64,000 nucleotides of DNA. Source: Lytechinus pictus. Taxonomy: Eukaryota. The translations under genes were made by a program, and so were the position numbers. The notes beneath the pieces are model-generated. The model did not search any database. It was not told the DNA's origin and was given only the letters and a program-made list of their open reading frames with translations. This document shows positions 1 to 13,032 of this stretch, one piece after another. Where the stretch lies: positions 3,102,001 to 3,166,000 of the forward strand of contig NC_087252.1 in NCBI RefSeq assembly GCF_037042905.1, written 5' to 3'. Positions within the stretch are counted from its first letter, which is position 1. Every line of letters begins with the position of its first letter.

Positions 1-868
1 CGCGTCGCTCGTTATATTTTTACTTTCGAATTTCCAGCAACTTTTGAGACCAACATTGCGACCCCGGGTACGCGGTTCCGAAATTACACAACATTTCGTA
101 TTGAATCCAAATAGTGTTGTAGCCAAACTATATGAATGTACCAGTACTTTTCCTTTTGCATATTAAAATCAATATTTCAACCTGTTTATGGTCAACATAG
201 AGTCCTCGACAATTTCCATTAAAAAATACGGTCGGAAGGAAAAGTAAGTAATTTCGAAAACAATAAAACAAATGAAAAAAGACATAAATATGATGTTGAT
301 TTTTTTTTAAATACATTGGATCGGATTTTTATAAAGAATCTGTGAATCTGATTGATTGATTGAATTTATTCTTCTTCATTTCAAACAAATTAACAAAGTA
401 AGTAAGAACTAATCAATATATGAATAAAATAAATGAAAAAAAAAGGAACTGACTGGAAAGCATCGTTTGTTTATGTGAGTCCCCTGAGATAAATAGCTGA
501 GTAAAATTTATCAAATACAAATACAAATTATCAATGTTCGATAGAATAATTGAAAAATACCAATGGGGTCAATGTCAAGCTTTGTAAGTTTATGTACTAT
601 AAAAAAGTTAATACAATCATGACAAGAAAATCATACCCCTGTTATACCCCTAAAATATACAAAACAACGATTCAGATAGTGTTTATAAAATACATTAGAC
701 AAGTGTCACGTGGGAGTGACTTTTTTTAATCATTTACCTACTGCTACCTGATACTAAATAAGGAATACTTAAAACTGATAAATACAAATATTAAAAATTT
801 AATCAAATCTTTTCAATCATTCTGTTATTTTCTTTGATTTATTTTACAATGATTGTACATGAAAATAG

Positions 869-1226
869 AATAATAATAATAATAATAGTCCGCATTTATA
901 TAGCGCTTAATATATCGGAACGACGTCTCTAAGCGCTTTACAGACATACTATTACCCCGGTCATCGGATCCTTGCATGCCCGCATACAATGCATGCACAT
1001 TCTCCACTCCCTGGGGAGCATTCCAACAAGAGTTCAGAGACTCAATTGCTAGGCATACTACATATAGGCTTTCACATCCTACCGGGTACCCATTTAACAC
1101 ATGGGTGAAGAGTGGCAAAGTGTGGATTAACGCCTTGCCAAAGGACGCCAGGCCATGGTTTGATTCGAACATACGACCCTCTGATATACAAGGCGATAGT
1201 CAGAACCGCTACACCACGACGCTTCC
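869..1226 (-). mobile_element. tRNA-derived SINE, full length
   Basis: Minus strand starts GGAAGCGTCGTGGTGTAGCGG (A box) ... GTTCGAATC (B box) and ends in a (TTA)n tail at 869-886. Shares a central ...AAATGGGTACC... core with the SINE at 50695. Confidence 0.85.
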
Positions 1227-2221
1227 AACTATACATGGATATTGATGACAAAATATAACTTAACTTAAACAATAATAGTTGACTCGAGCCCCCATCATCT
1301 CATCTGGCCTGACATGCCTCACTCGACCATGATGGTGGGTCCAGTTCCTGACCTCCGCAGCTTGCGACGTCTCTTCCACTCGGACTCCGCAGACAGTGTT
1401 GTCCCTTGATGAGTAGCCCCCAGATCAGAGAGATGTGGCTTCAACGAATTAATGGACGAGATCGAACCCCCAATGATGACATGAATTTTGACCAGTCATG
1501 TCGATGGAGAACCGGCCGCAGCTGGGGTCGTTATCTTGTTACCGACGTAGTCCCTCAGTTTTAACTTCGACTGCCTATACTAACATCTGTGGTCTATTAT
1601 AGCTTAGGTGGTTCTCGCTGAACTGAAATTAAGCTCCTAATATACCCTAGCGTTACTAGGACTAACTGTAAAATTTCTAGAAAGTAATTCAAAGAATTTC
1701 AATAACAGATTAGTGCATAAAGAAACGCATTCTTATTAATAAAAGAGACTTCCTGTGTATCTGTACACCTACATTCATCAATGCTAGAGCATTGTATTGG
1801 CTTTTTATGACACCTGTATGAAAATGCTTCACTTAATAGGAAATATTTCTAACGCCTGTGCAAAATACGACATAAACCTGGTACACTTGTACTCTAAGGG
1901 GAGGGGGGGGGGATCAAACGTTTCCAACGCTTGCTTTTAAAATATTCAGAACATGTACATGCTTGTCTAAAAGCCTACCCTAACCTTAACCAAGTAAATA
2001 TGTTTACACATGTTTAAACTTTAACTGAAACAGATCTATAATTAAATCTCTTTCCTGACAACAAGACAAGACGGAATATTAACAGAAAAACAGACAGTAT
2101 ACAAAGGAAGTAAAGACAAAACAAAACAGGAAAGAGAAAAAAAAAAAACAAACACACACACACACACACAAAACACTACAGAAAACAATCCGAAATACCA
2201 GAACATCTTATAATATTGTAA

Positions 2222-2357
2222 ATCATGCCAAGGGTAACGCGCGTGGTAATTTTCGTAGAGATTGCGGGATCTAGGACCGAGGGCTGAATCAGCCCCCCCC
2301 CCCCGTCTTCTTAGGCCTCAAAGTCAAACTTAAGAAGCCCAGTCTATTTAGGGTTAA
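2222..2357. mobile_element. Right terminus of a piggyBac-type MITE (left part probably includes 1-130 and runs off the window)
   Basis: Ends ...TTTAGGG|TTAA, the CCC...GGG plus TTAA signature, with a GGGCTGAATCAGCCC palindrome. The left terminus is not visible. Confidence 0.45.
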
Positions 2358-3399
2358 AATGAACTACTCTCGTAGTTAGAGGTTTCTTCTTTTCATAATT
2401 AAAAACAATGCATTTGTTGCTCCCATTTTATTTTTTTCCTGGCAACTTATTCCTTGTCTTTATGTGATGATATTTCATATCAATTTCCGAAAGGTCGATA
2501 TTACACAAAATACTGGAACAAATAACGGAAATGGCCTTATAAAATATATGTAATGTATTTTACCTCTGACAAACTTGGATTATTAGTCCGGCAGCCAGCA
2601 GCATCTGCCTAGCTGAAAGGTTTACCAATTTACATCTTCAAATCAATATTGTATGTAAGTAATAAAACGCGCGTCTGGCTGGCCGTTTGTGTAGCCAGGA
2701 GGGTTATGAAAAGGACCCCCCCAACCGGCTAGCCTAGCTGGAAAGATTGCCACATGAGATATGTGGAATATTGTCTTGCTTTGTGCCAGGGTAATTGGAA
2801 AAAAAATACAAATATTTTGGTAATGGGGAGTAGCCGCCAGACCGAAGTAAGGATTTATGAATCTCAAGGTGTCTGACTTTGTATACTAGCGTAATGCAAA
2901 AGTAAATGCAAATAAAAAATCGGCTCCGGCTTCGCATTCTGTTTATTGGGATACACAGCCCGTCCAATTACAAGTGCAGGATCCGAGTTCTATAAAATAT
3001 CAACAACAACAACAAAAGATAATTTCGCGCTTCGCGTTTGCACCATAATGCCCAAATATAAGTGTCTATCTAAAAAAATAAATTATAACACCTTCTCGCG
3101 CTTCGCGCTTGTAGAATTACAATGTAAGATCCACATCCTCTCTAAAAAAAAATTCCATGTTGGACAGTGCTTAAAATGGTCCCTTTCGGGTCAGCAAATT
3201 AAGTGGCTGTTCTCATACGCGACCAGCTTCCCTTACCGTAATCGCTTTGAACGATAACGTATAGTACACTCTCCGAGGTCGAAATTCTTAAGTTCACGAC
3301 ATGACATCAGGTCGGGTGACTTTAGGTGTCCTAACTTGAGGTAAACTCTCATGTGTGCATTTCCGTTGCTGCGTATATATATATATATATATATATATA

Positions 3400-3516
3400 G
3401 TAAAGAAATGGATGAAGAGAACAATGGTAGGCGTAGCTTAAATCAAGGTTCCCCAGAGCTATCTACCCTTTGGAAAAATTGGTGATGCCGAAAAAATGTC
3501 TCTGCCGGGAATCGAA
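3400..3516 (-). repeat. Truncated copy of the tRNA-like cassette, between (TA)n tracts
   Basis: Nearly identical to 51417-51445 plus 52724-52813. Retains only the 3' 20 nt of the tRNA-like module. Confidence 0.8.
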
Positions 3517-3542
3517 TATATATACATACATACATGTATATA

Positions 3543-3580
<38 letters not shown>

Positions 3581-3607
3581 TAGGCCTATATATATATATA
3601 TATATAT

Positions 3608-3690
3608 CCCTTTGCGTGCGACGGGCTTCCACAGAAGCCCAGCTAGTCGTTCACTTAGCTACGACGGGCTTCTACAGAAGCCGAAATTTT
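3608..3690 (+). mobile_element. Helitron/Helentron-like 3' end
   Basis: GC-rich hairpin GGGCTTC-caca-GAAGCCC followed by AGCTAG|T. The motif recurs about 45 bp downstream. Confidence 0.4.
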
Positions 3691-4149
3691 TTTGGTTTAA
3701 TTCGATGAATTTTTTTTTAGCTTTTTCGTAATTGCTATGTACTAAAACCTCTGCCACTATTTCCTTTATAAACCTATTTCGATATCAATATTAAAAAAAT
3801 ATACAGCTACGTGGGGAAAAATCCCGAAAATAGGAAATCATTTCAACTTTACCCGATTTTTTCGTTGGAGTCAGACGGGGAAGAATAAATTTGGTGACGA
3901 GCACGTACGCGCGCGCAAAAGGCCTGATCACGTGATTTGATCCATATCGTACACTAACATTCTTTCTGCAAGATCGTCACGTAATAAGCTACGCGTTTAT
4001 TCACCATTTTCGTCTTATAATTTGTTTCATCAAGGAGATTTCACTCTAGAATGATAACTCCTCTGTTTCATCGATCGATTGTATTTTCAGAAAAACAAAA
4101 AAGCTTGTACGAGAGTAATGTCTTAGTACTTTGCACTTTTGAACTTTTT

Positions 4150-6970
4150 CCCTCCCCATAATATAATCATCTCTCTTCTTCTCATTATTTTTGTCTACTA
4201 TTCTGTAAAAAAAGGAGAGAAAAGAAAGCAGTTTAGCGCACCATTCATCTTACGCTCTTTTCAAAAGGGAAACGTCCATGTATTTCATGATATCCGCACT
4301 ACCCGAACAAAATAATGTCAGGGCGGCCACTCAAACAAATTCCTTCCGAAAAGAGCAGGATACAGATGGTCAACGACCCGAACAAAAGGAAGATTAGTGT
4401 TTATCGAGAGGATGACTTATTGAAAGCTTTTCGTACTTAGCAATACAAAAAGCTTTTATGAATATTTTTTTTTATTTCGACCAACATACCGGAACTAAAA
4501 ACAACAAACTTTGTCTCATTTACCAACAACACGTAGGTGCTTATGACATCCGTCAGTGATTCATATTAATTGCATAAAAGCGCTTCCCCTTGGTGATGAT
4601 GCATAGAAGGATGAAAGAAGAACCATTTAGGGAAATTATAGAAAAAAATGTTCAGATGTCACGGAGAACTAGAGAGAATGAGAAACAGAGATAAAAGGGT
4701 TAATAGACAAGTGCGCTTTTGCTAAAATGAATATCTACTTAAACAAATAACATCATGACTTAATTTTTTGTTATAGATTACTAAAAAAAAAAATCCCACA
4801 ACGTTTGTTTGTCGCAACTCGGTCCTCAGACCCTTGTCAAACTGACGACTTTTTATTATTATTCTTGTTTGACCTACCCCCCCCCCCCTGCAGATCTGCA
4901 GATAGAAATGTTCTGACCTGCACTCTAATATTCCTTGTTTGTCTCCTCTCTCCGATTTTCTGTTGTTGTTTTTTTTCGCTAACTTCTTCTTTTTTTTAAC
5001 CGGCGAATAGTGTGTTAGAAAAGATTCATTTAGAAAAAAAAATCCGACCCAACCCATTTTTGTTCCCGTTACTGCAAACAAACATTTGGGTCGCTTACCC
5101 TGGTTAGCATCAAAACCAAAATATCTGATTTCTTACATAAAAAACAGGGGCCGCTGACCTTTTTTTTTTTATAATGGAGGGGTCGAGCTGATAGTTCGAG
5201 GGAGTGGACCGGCCAAAAGACAAATTACAAATTTATATAGACTTCGGATTTTTTGCACATGTTTGCTGAAGGGGTGAGGACTGAAACTTCCTACCAACTC
5301 CGCCGCCTCTGTACTATTAGATTCAACGATTAAAACGATAGAGGCAAAAATGAATTCTAACTATTATGATTTGTTTTATTGATTTATTTATTACCATGAT
5401 TACTTCATGTATTTTTGGTTGTGAAATCAAAGAGACAAATAAAAAATAGAACAAAACGAAATAACAAATAAAAAAACACTTTTAATTGCGGATGTTATAA
5501 TTTATTCAAGAAAAGATAATTTCTTTTACTTTTAGTAGTTGCTAGCATGGCTCTTTTTAAGGGAAAAGTAAGATAAAGAAATAAACGTAGAAAGTGACAA
5601 GGAGATCCGGAGGTATGATTTCAGACTTAAAATTTCAGTCACTCTTACTCGTGTAACTCTTTGAAATAATTTCAGGATATTACAAATCGAATACTGGTGC
5701 GCAAACTTCAGGAAGAAAATTATTTTACTATTACAGTAGCTGCGTGGCAAATCGAATTAAATGAGACATATAATTTGCAAAAAAATCTAAAAAATTACTT
5801 TTAGTGAAAGATTGAGGCCTCTGTCTTGCCATAACCCTAAGCCCCAAGTTCACAAAAAATAATTTAGTCGTGCATTTTTATACGATGATCATTATCATCA
5901 TATTTTCTTTTGCGATAAATATCTACCCACGTTATTGAAAATGGAAGATGATATAGAATTTATTGTGAAATGACAGTTACAATAGTAGTTTTAAAAGGTT
6001 TTTCGGGACTTAATTTGAGAATCTGGGGAAAACCCCCCTAAATTTTCGACATGATGGCCACGATGCAATATATAGGATGAGAGGCTCACAAATGCAACAA
6101 TCTCCGATCAATACAAGTTGGCAAAATCGAGTCATACTCTCGGAACGATTTCCGAAGAAGAGAGAGAGAGAGGGGGGGGGGGGGTAGATGAAATGTAAAA
6201 TGACAGGTACTGAGAAGAAAAAAAATCTGAGAGAATGGATAGAGGGGGATGGGGCGGGTATATACCTCGTAATCCAAATCGGGGAGAAGAAAGACGATAC
6301 AGATATTATTTAAATGCGAAGAACTAAGAGGGAAAAAAAGTGTAGACGGGAGGGGATATAGAAATGCTATAGATATAGGAAAGTTAATGAAAGCAGTAGA
6401 TAATACATTCAGTTACAGGTTAGAAACCAGGGAAAGGGAAAACGAAAACAAAAATCCCTTGGTACCGTTTTTAAATACATGTAGCCTACACTTTATATTG
6501 ACAAAATGTGCAATAACAAAAAAAATACCATCCGCCAGTCACATAGAATGATTTTAGTAGCTTTCCAGTGTTATTGAAAATTTTTAAACAAATTTTCTAT
6601 AAGACGGGCCCCTGGTGCACTTTGAAACCCTTCCCCCTGCGTTCTTTCATTCTCTCATCATATTGCTATTATTTTTGTCTTCTTTATATTTCAAAAGAAA
6701 TAAACATAAAATAAAGCAATTTAGAACACCGTTTATCCTCTGCTCTTTCGAAAATGAAAACGTCCTTGTAGTTCTTGATCTCGGCACTCCCCAAACAAAA
6801 GAAAGTCATGGCGGACGCTCAAACAAATCCCTTATAAAAAGAGCAGAGAGCAAATAGCCAACGCCCTGAATAAAATGAAGATTAGTGATGTCGTCAGGAT
6901 AACCTACTGCTTTACGTATTTAGCAGTACAAAAAGCTTTTAGGAATACTGCTTTTCATATTACGACAGTA
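4150..6970. repeat. Diverged direct repeat pair (~4150-4480 and ~6640-6970)
   Basis: Colinear similarity, e.g. ctcaaacaaat(t/c)cctt...aaaagagcag...gaagattagtg...tacaaaaagctttta in both. Confidence 0.75.
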
Positions 6971-7249
6971 ACATTTAAACAATGTAAATGTCTACTCATT
7001 TATTGACAAACATGCAGGCGCTTAAGAAATGGCAAGAATGTTTTCTTCTTGAGCATGACAGCACTTTATCCAAAAAAAAAAATACTTCGAGTTTTTTTAA
7101 ACGTTTTCTGAAGGGGGAGGGGGGTGTGGGGGGGGGGGTGGACTGTCGCCTCCTACCGACCCCAACACCTCTGTACTGTTTTAATTTTAATCGTAAACAA
7201 AGACCCACGATCCTCTTTATATTGAAAACATGGAAATATAGCGTAGTCT

Positions 7250-9500
7250 GTCCTCCAGACCCAGTTATAAAAGTCATTTAAAACACAACAACAACAAAAC
7301 AAAGACCCTGCAATCTTACCATCATTGAATAACATGGAAATATGGTGTAGTCTTTCCTCCAGACCCAATTATTTCAAAATAATCAAAATCATTAGAAAAG
7401 AATAACAGAATCTAAGGCCCAACTATCCTTCAAACTAAGAACCTTCAATAAATAAAAGTTTAGAGAGTTTTCTTTATTCCAGACCTTGTCATTTAAAAAA
7501 TAAGATAAATGAAATCCTCATGACTAAGACTCAATCCTATTCTTGTGCCTGTTCAACATGAATAAGATGATTGGGGGAGTATTTCATCAACATTTATGTC
7601 CGACAAGTTGTCAGATCTGACAACTGTTCTTGATGTTGATTGGCTAAGAAGCAGTGCTACCAGTGTCGGATAAAACGTCAGACAAATCCTTTCATGAAAT
7701 GCTCCCCGGGCTCTCAGTTTTGATGTTGCTTTTTTATTATAAATTTCTTTGCCTGAAAGAAAAAATGAATGTTTCATTGCATCATTTATTATAGGATGTT
7801 AGGCTGGAAGAGGGTTAATTATTTTTTTGTTCTGTTTTTTTTTTTATAAACTGGTCTGGTCAAATTAAGTATGCGTTATCACAAGGGTTTTATAGTTTGG
7901 AATATGCTGGGGTCTAAGTTTTAAGATTAATGTTTTGTTTAATTTGTATATTAAAGAGAACTGGGTGAGGGGTAAAGACAACACTCTAAGCCCAAGCATT
8001 TTAAGTTGGTTTAATTTTGAAGATTGGTCTTAGCTGTGATTTTTTTTCCAATATTTTGATTATCTTTTAAATAACCGGGTCTAGACGAAAGATTAAGCAT
8101 AATACTCGTGTTATTCCACAAGAATAAGAATATGACAAAGTCATATTCTTATTCTATTTTAAGATTGTTTAAATCATTTTTAAATTACTGGGTCTGGAAT
8201 AAAGACAACGCTCTAAACATGTGCTTTTCTACATGCATGGTCTTAATTTGGAGGATTGTTGGTTCTAAGATTCGTTTTGGGGGTTGGGTTTTATTGATTT
8301 TTTATTTCTTGAAATAATTGTGTCTGGAGGAAAGTCGATCTTCGACAATCGGTCTTCATGTTATATCACAGTAATTAGATTATTGGGTATTCGTTTTAGA
8401 ATATTTGTAAAAACTACTTTATTTTTTCAAATAACAACCAAGTCTGGAGAAAGGATGTTTGCTTTACCCATGCATTATTACAATGTTTTGTAGGGGTCGT
8501 AGTATTATTTTTTTTTAAATGGGTGTGGGGTAAAGACATATTTTTTTTACTGGGTGAAACTTTGGAAAATTGGTCTTAGATTTGAAGTTTTTTAATTCAT
8601 TTTTTAATAGCCGGGTCTGGAGGAAAGACTTTGGACTTATATTGTAATTGTTTAATTATCCGGGTCTGAAAAAAAGACTTTGCACTTTGGTGCTATATGA
8701 ACGAATTGCTATAGGGTTTATTTTTTAGTTTTAAGTAACCGGGTCTGGAGAAAAGACTACGCTTGATTCTCAATTTACTCTTAGTGCATATATTCACAAT
8801 ATACGCCGTATAAGTTGAAACAACAACAAAGACATTAATTCCGCCAGTTTTAATTAACTGGGTCTGGATAAAAGACTAAGCTCGATTCTCTTTCTTTCTT
8901 CCACTGAAATATCATTATCGTATCTTAGTTTTGACTTATATTATAATTTTTGAAATAACCGGGTCTGGAAAAAGACTTTGGACTCATATCAACATTTTTT
9001 AAACAACCAGGTCTGGAAAAAAGACTTTGGGCTTATATTATAATTTGTGAAATAACCGGGTCTGGAAAAAGACTTTGGACTTATATTATAATTTTTTAAA
9101 CAACCGGGTCTGAAAAAAAGACTTTGAACTTGCATTATAATTTTTGAATTAACCAGGTCTGGAAAAAAGACTTTGGGCTTGCATTATGATTTTTAAATCA
9201 ACCGGGTCTGGAAAAAAGACTTTGGACGTATATTATTATTTTTGAAACAACCGGGTCTGAAAAAAAGACTTTGGACTTGCATTATAATTTTTGAATCAAC
9301 CGGGTCTGGAAAAAAGACTTTGGACTTATATTATAATTTTTTTAACAACCGGGTCTGAAAAAAAGACTTTGGACTTGCATTATAATTTTTGAATTAACCG
9401 GGTCTGGAAAAAAGACTTTGGACGTATATTATAATTTTGAAACAACCGGGTCTGGAAAAAGACTTTGGACTTGGACTATGATGTTTAATTAACGTCTGGT
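7250..9500. repeat. ~55-bp minisatellite (homogeneous 8955-9480) with degenerate upstream units and inverted units at 7250-7540
   Basis: Unit aaccgggtctggaaaaaagactttggactt(a/g)(t/c)attataattttt repeated about 10 times. Reverse-complement cores (tccagaccc) at 7250-7500. Confidence 0.85.
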
Positions 9501-9585
9501 AAAAACACTTTGCACTTTTGTGCTATATGAACGCATTACTATAGGATTTTAGTTTAGAACGGATTCGCCAAAAATCCCTTCAAAT

Positions 9586-9786
9586 TTATTACATTTGTGG
9601 GTAAAGTCATTATTACATTTGTGGGCGATCAAAAATTATTACATTTGTGGGTAAAGTGCATTATTACATTTGTGGGTGAAATTATTACATTTGTGGGTAA
9701 AGTGTTATTACATTTGTGGGCGTTATTACATTTGTGGGTAAAGTGTTATTACATTTGTGGGCGTTATTACATTTGTGGGTGCAACA
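9586..9786. repeat. 18-24-bp tandem repeat (ttattacatttgtggg core), ending ...GGGTGCAACA
   Basis: Nine copies of attacatttgtggg. Likely a subterminal repeat array of a DNA transposon end. Confidence 0.85.
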
Positions 9787-10291
9787 GGGACTCAGTATAT
9801 AATGCATAGTGGGTATGTGCCGCGGAGGGGACCCCCATTTTTACACTCAAATTTCCGTTCCGAGGCATAGCATTTTTGTCTTATTGAGAAAAAGAACAAA
9901 GAAAGCCGCTCAAGAGCATAGCATTTTCTTCTTATCGAGAAAAAAAAAAAGAAATCCGCTCCAAAGCTTCGCATATTTTCCGTTACGCCGTTCCGGTCGC
10001 AATTTTGGTGAAAAGCGGCCGCAGCTCGCTGTCCGACCATCACCCCTGCGCTAGCGCGCCCGTCAGTCGTGCCGCTGGGCTAGCTGCATGTACGTTCCAT
10101 AGGGATGCATACGCACTCGCACGCAGGAGACCCGTTCCAAGGACCCCCGTTTTCACAAACATTTGTAGTTCCGAAGCCCGTTCCGCGGACCCTCCTTTTT
10201 ACAATGAGCCCGCTCCAAGGCCCCCTGTTTTTTGTCCCGCCCGCGGCACACCCCTACCACTTTTTTGGTCGAGTGCCCCCCCCCCCCCCGG
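9787..10291. mobile_element. GC-rich MITE-like repeat, ending gagtg-poly(C)-ggg; truncates the adjacent Gypsy pol
   Basis: Termini gggactc... and ...gagtgccc. Its poly-C tract supplies the spurious GGGG C-terminus of the 735-aa ORF. Confidence 0.5.
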
Positions 10292-12461
10292 GCTCCTGCT
10301 GTGCCAAGAATGCATGATCCCGGCGGACGACCAGTAAGCCATCACGAGCGATGGTGGCAACCTGGATATATCGCTTCACATCACAGATGCCTGTTAACTT
10401 CTTCGACGGGCGAGTAACCTGAGTAAGGTTGGCATGGGCACGGCGGAGGGCCGGACAATCAGACTGAATCCTACCCCACGCGTGAAGAGATGTGAAAGGG
10501 AGGCGTTTCTTCCATGAGAGGACGTCAGCAACAGAAATAAGATGGACAACAGAGTCTTCCATCCGTGAAATGAAAGTACAGATCTGGCATCGAACATCAT
10601 GGCATGGGGGAGCATTCCTACTCGGAAAGTCAGCTGGGGCATTAGCGGAGCCCGCCAGGTGACGTAAGGAAACCCGGTATCTGCTAATGGTTGCCAAAAA
10701 GGTAGAAACCCGTGGACTGGCAGAAAGCTCACCACGACACAATTTCTCATAAGCCTTAACACAAGGTTTGCTGTCAGTAAGAATGCAGACAGGGTGGTGA
10801 GACTGGATGATGTATGGGCTGAAATGATTGGTGGCAGCAGCGGTGGACAGTGCTTCTACTTCACAAGGTAACCATGTGATTTGACGACCACGGAGCTTTG
10901 CGCTGAAGAAACCTGCGACGAAAGGCGTCCGGTCTCTTGTGACGTACATGGTAGCGCCGAGACAATGGTTCTTCACGGATCCATCAGTGACAATCCATAG
11001 CTGATCAGATGGCCATGGTAGAGTAACCGTACGAGTATACTTGATGCCGGACTGGGCTTTGTTGAAGGCATAATGAAGCTCATCCGTCCAGCAGATGCGG
11101 TCTTGAGATTTCATACCTGCAATCGATTCATCCAGGGGACCCAGATAGGATGCGCAATTTGGGAGAACGCGAGCAAGCATCTTATATGCTCCAATGAAAG
11201 ACCGCATCCCCTTCACGGTTGAAGGGCATGAGCACGTTGACAAAGTTTTTATCATGTGAGGACTTGCTTTGAGGTTCCCTTCAGACCAAACCCACCCTAA
11301 AATCGTGGTGGTTTTTGGACAGACGGTAGTCTTAAATGGAGAAAGGTAAATACCTTTGGAGGCTAGTGCATGTAACACCCTGGACCAGTTATGCAAAAGG
11401 GCCTGCCAGGTGTCAGCACCACAGTACAAGTCGTCTGCAAGCTTGACAACAACACCTTCAAACAATAGATCTCCCAGCACTTGACTCATCAACTCCTCCA
11501 ATGCCGTCTCTGATCCTGGCATACCCATAGCACAACGGGTGTAAACTCTGATGCTGCGGAAAGGGGTAGCAACGCCACAATACTTCATTGAATCACGAGA
11601 GAGAGGTATTTGATAAAAGGCACTTGCAAGGTCAGATGCAATAATGTACTTCCACTGACCTATCTTTCTCAGAGTGGAATCAACATCAGACAAAACTGAG
11701 GGCTGTGGCTTAGAGTAGCGCCCAACATCAGCGAATGCTGTGACAAGACGAGAGCCGCCATTCAGCTTCTTCACAAGAAAGGACGGGTTGACAAATTCAA
11801 CCGTAACACCAATATCCTCAGGGCGTGCAAAGACGCCGTGTTTCTCAAGGTCATCAAACTTTCCCTGCAATTCAACAAGCTTTTCTTGGGAATACAAGAG
11901 AAGGCGACCCTTGCGTTGTGGGGGCTGCACAGGACCCATGTTCACAACGGCCTTGAATGGACCAGATGCACCATTGCAGCCCTTGAACGAAGGGATAAAC
12001 ATACAATCATGTTCTGCATGAAGAGACTGAAAATCGTCCCTTGCCTGGGGAGGGGGGGGGGGGATATTATCAGGATCCACAATAACATACTGAGAAGGCT
12101 GTGGTAAGGTCGGCCCTCCCTGCACCACAGAGGGAAGGGCAGTCTGACTAGGAGGAATTTGCGCAAGCTGATCGTTATCTGAGACAACCACTGGACAAAC
12201 CTGACAAAGATGTTCATTGCGACGGTTAACACAAGGACCGCGAGAGAGGTTTGGGATGCAGATCCTACCAGCAACACTTGAGACAACACCTGGAGCCGGA
12301 AAGAATACTGTGATCATTGGTGAAGGAGGGGAATACGAGCGAGGCTCCAAGACAAGTGTCTTATCAGCAGAAAACTCAGGAGGTAGGGAAAACTCATTGA
12401 ATTCACCTGGCCAAATGGTGGTAGTTTGTGAAGGGGCACGAAGGACAAATGCGCGACGCAC
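10292..12461 (-). pseudogene. Gypsy pol fragment: reverse transcriptase + RNase H
   Basis: Motifs NPSFLVKK, DLASAFYQIPL, MGMPGS, KLADD, LGW, RSFIGAY; RNase H VTDGS, CEVEAL, LTDSKP, ADFPSR. Confidence 0.9.
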
Positions 12462-13032
12462 TGCATGACCAGCCTTAGGCTTACTTCAGGAACCATAACT
12501 AAACGCAGTACCTTCAGCCAAGGAAATCTCCCCCCTTGCTGGCCTTTCCATAAATGGAGTACCAGCCAAAACGTCAACATTAAGGTTCTCAATGACCAAT
12601 CCTTCAAAGTGGAACTCATTACTGCCACGACAAACGGTGAAACGAGTTTCACCACATACCTGCAGCACCGCTGTCGAGGGTGATACGACCAGCATGCTGA
12701 TTATAAAATGCGTCGAAATAAGGAGACTGGCGAACTTGGACACGCAGTGTGGAAGAGGTAACTCCACGGCCAGGGTCTGGTGACAAACAAGCCTCGTCAC
12801 ATGACTCCTGGGGGTCAACAACAACGTCAAAATCATCAGAACCACCATCATCAAAAACCTTGGCAACCTGCCTGGCCTTTGCCATGTACTGCCGATGAGA
12901 GTCTGGAAGGTAAGGACAGACACTCAAAAAATGGTCACTAGGAAAGCCAGCCTGAACACAGAGTGGACAAGATTTGGAAGGCCTGGGACGGAACTTCGCC
13001 GGGGTTCGAGACTGAGTACGCTGGGGAGCAGT

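Noticed and set aside
825..1272. Overlapping 66-115-aa ORFs
   Set aside because: They fall within a SINE; chance open frames.
3230..3372. Hammerhead ribozyme / Penelope LTR beside the tRNA-like cassette
   Set aside because: The CUGANGA...GAAA core could not be completed on either strand.
8600..9500. CRISPR-like look (constant core with intervening segments)
   Set aside because: The intervening segments are homologous to each other, the context is eukaryotic and no cas genes are present; it is a minisatellite.
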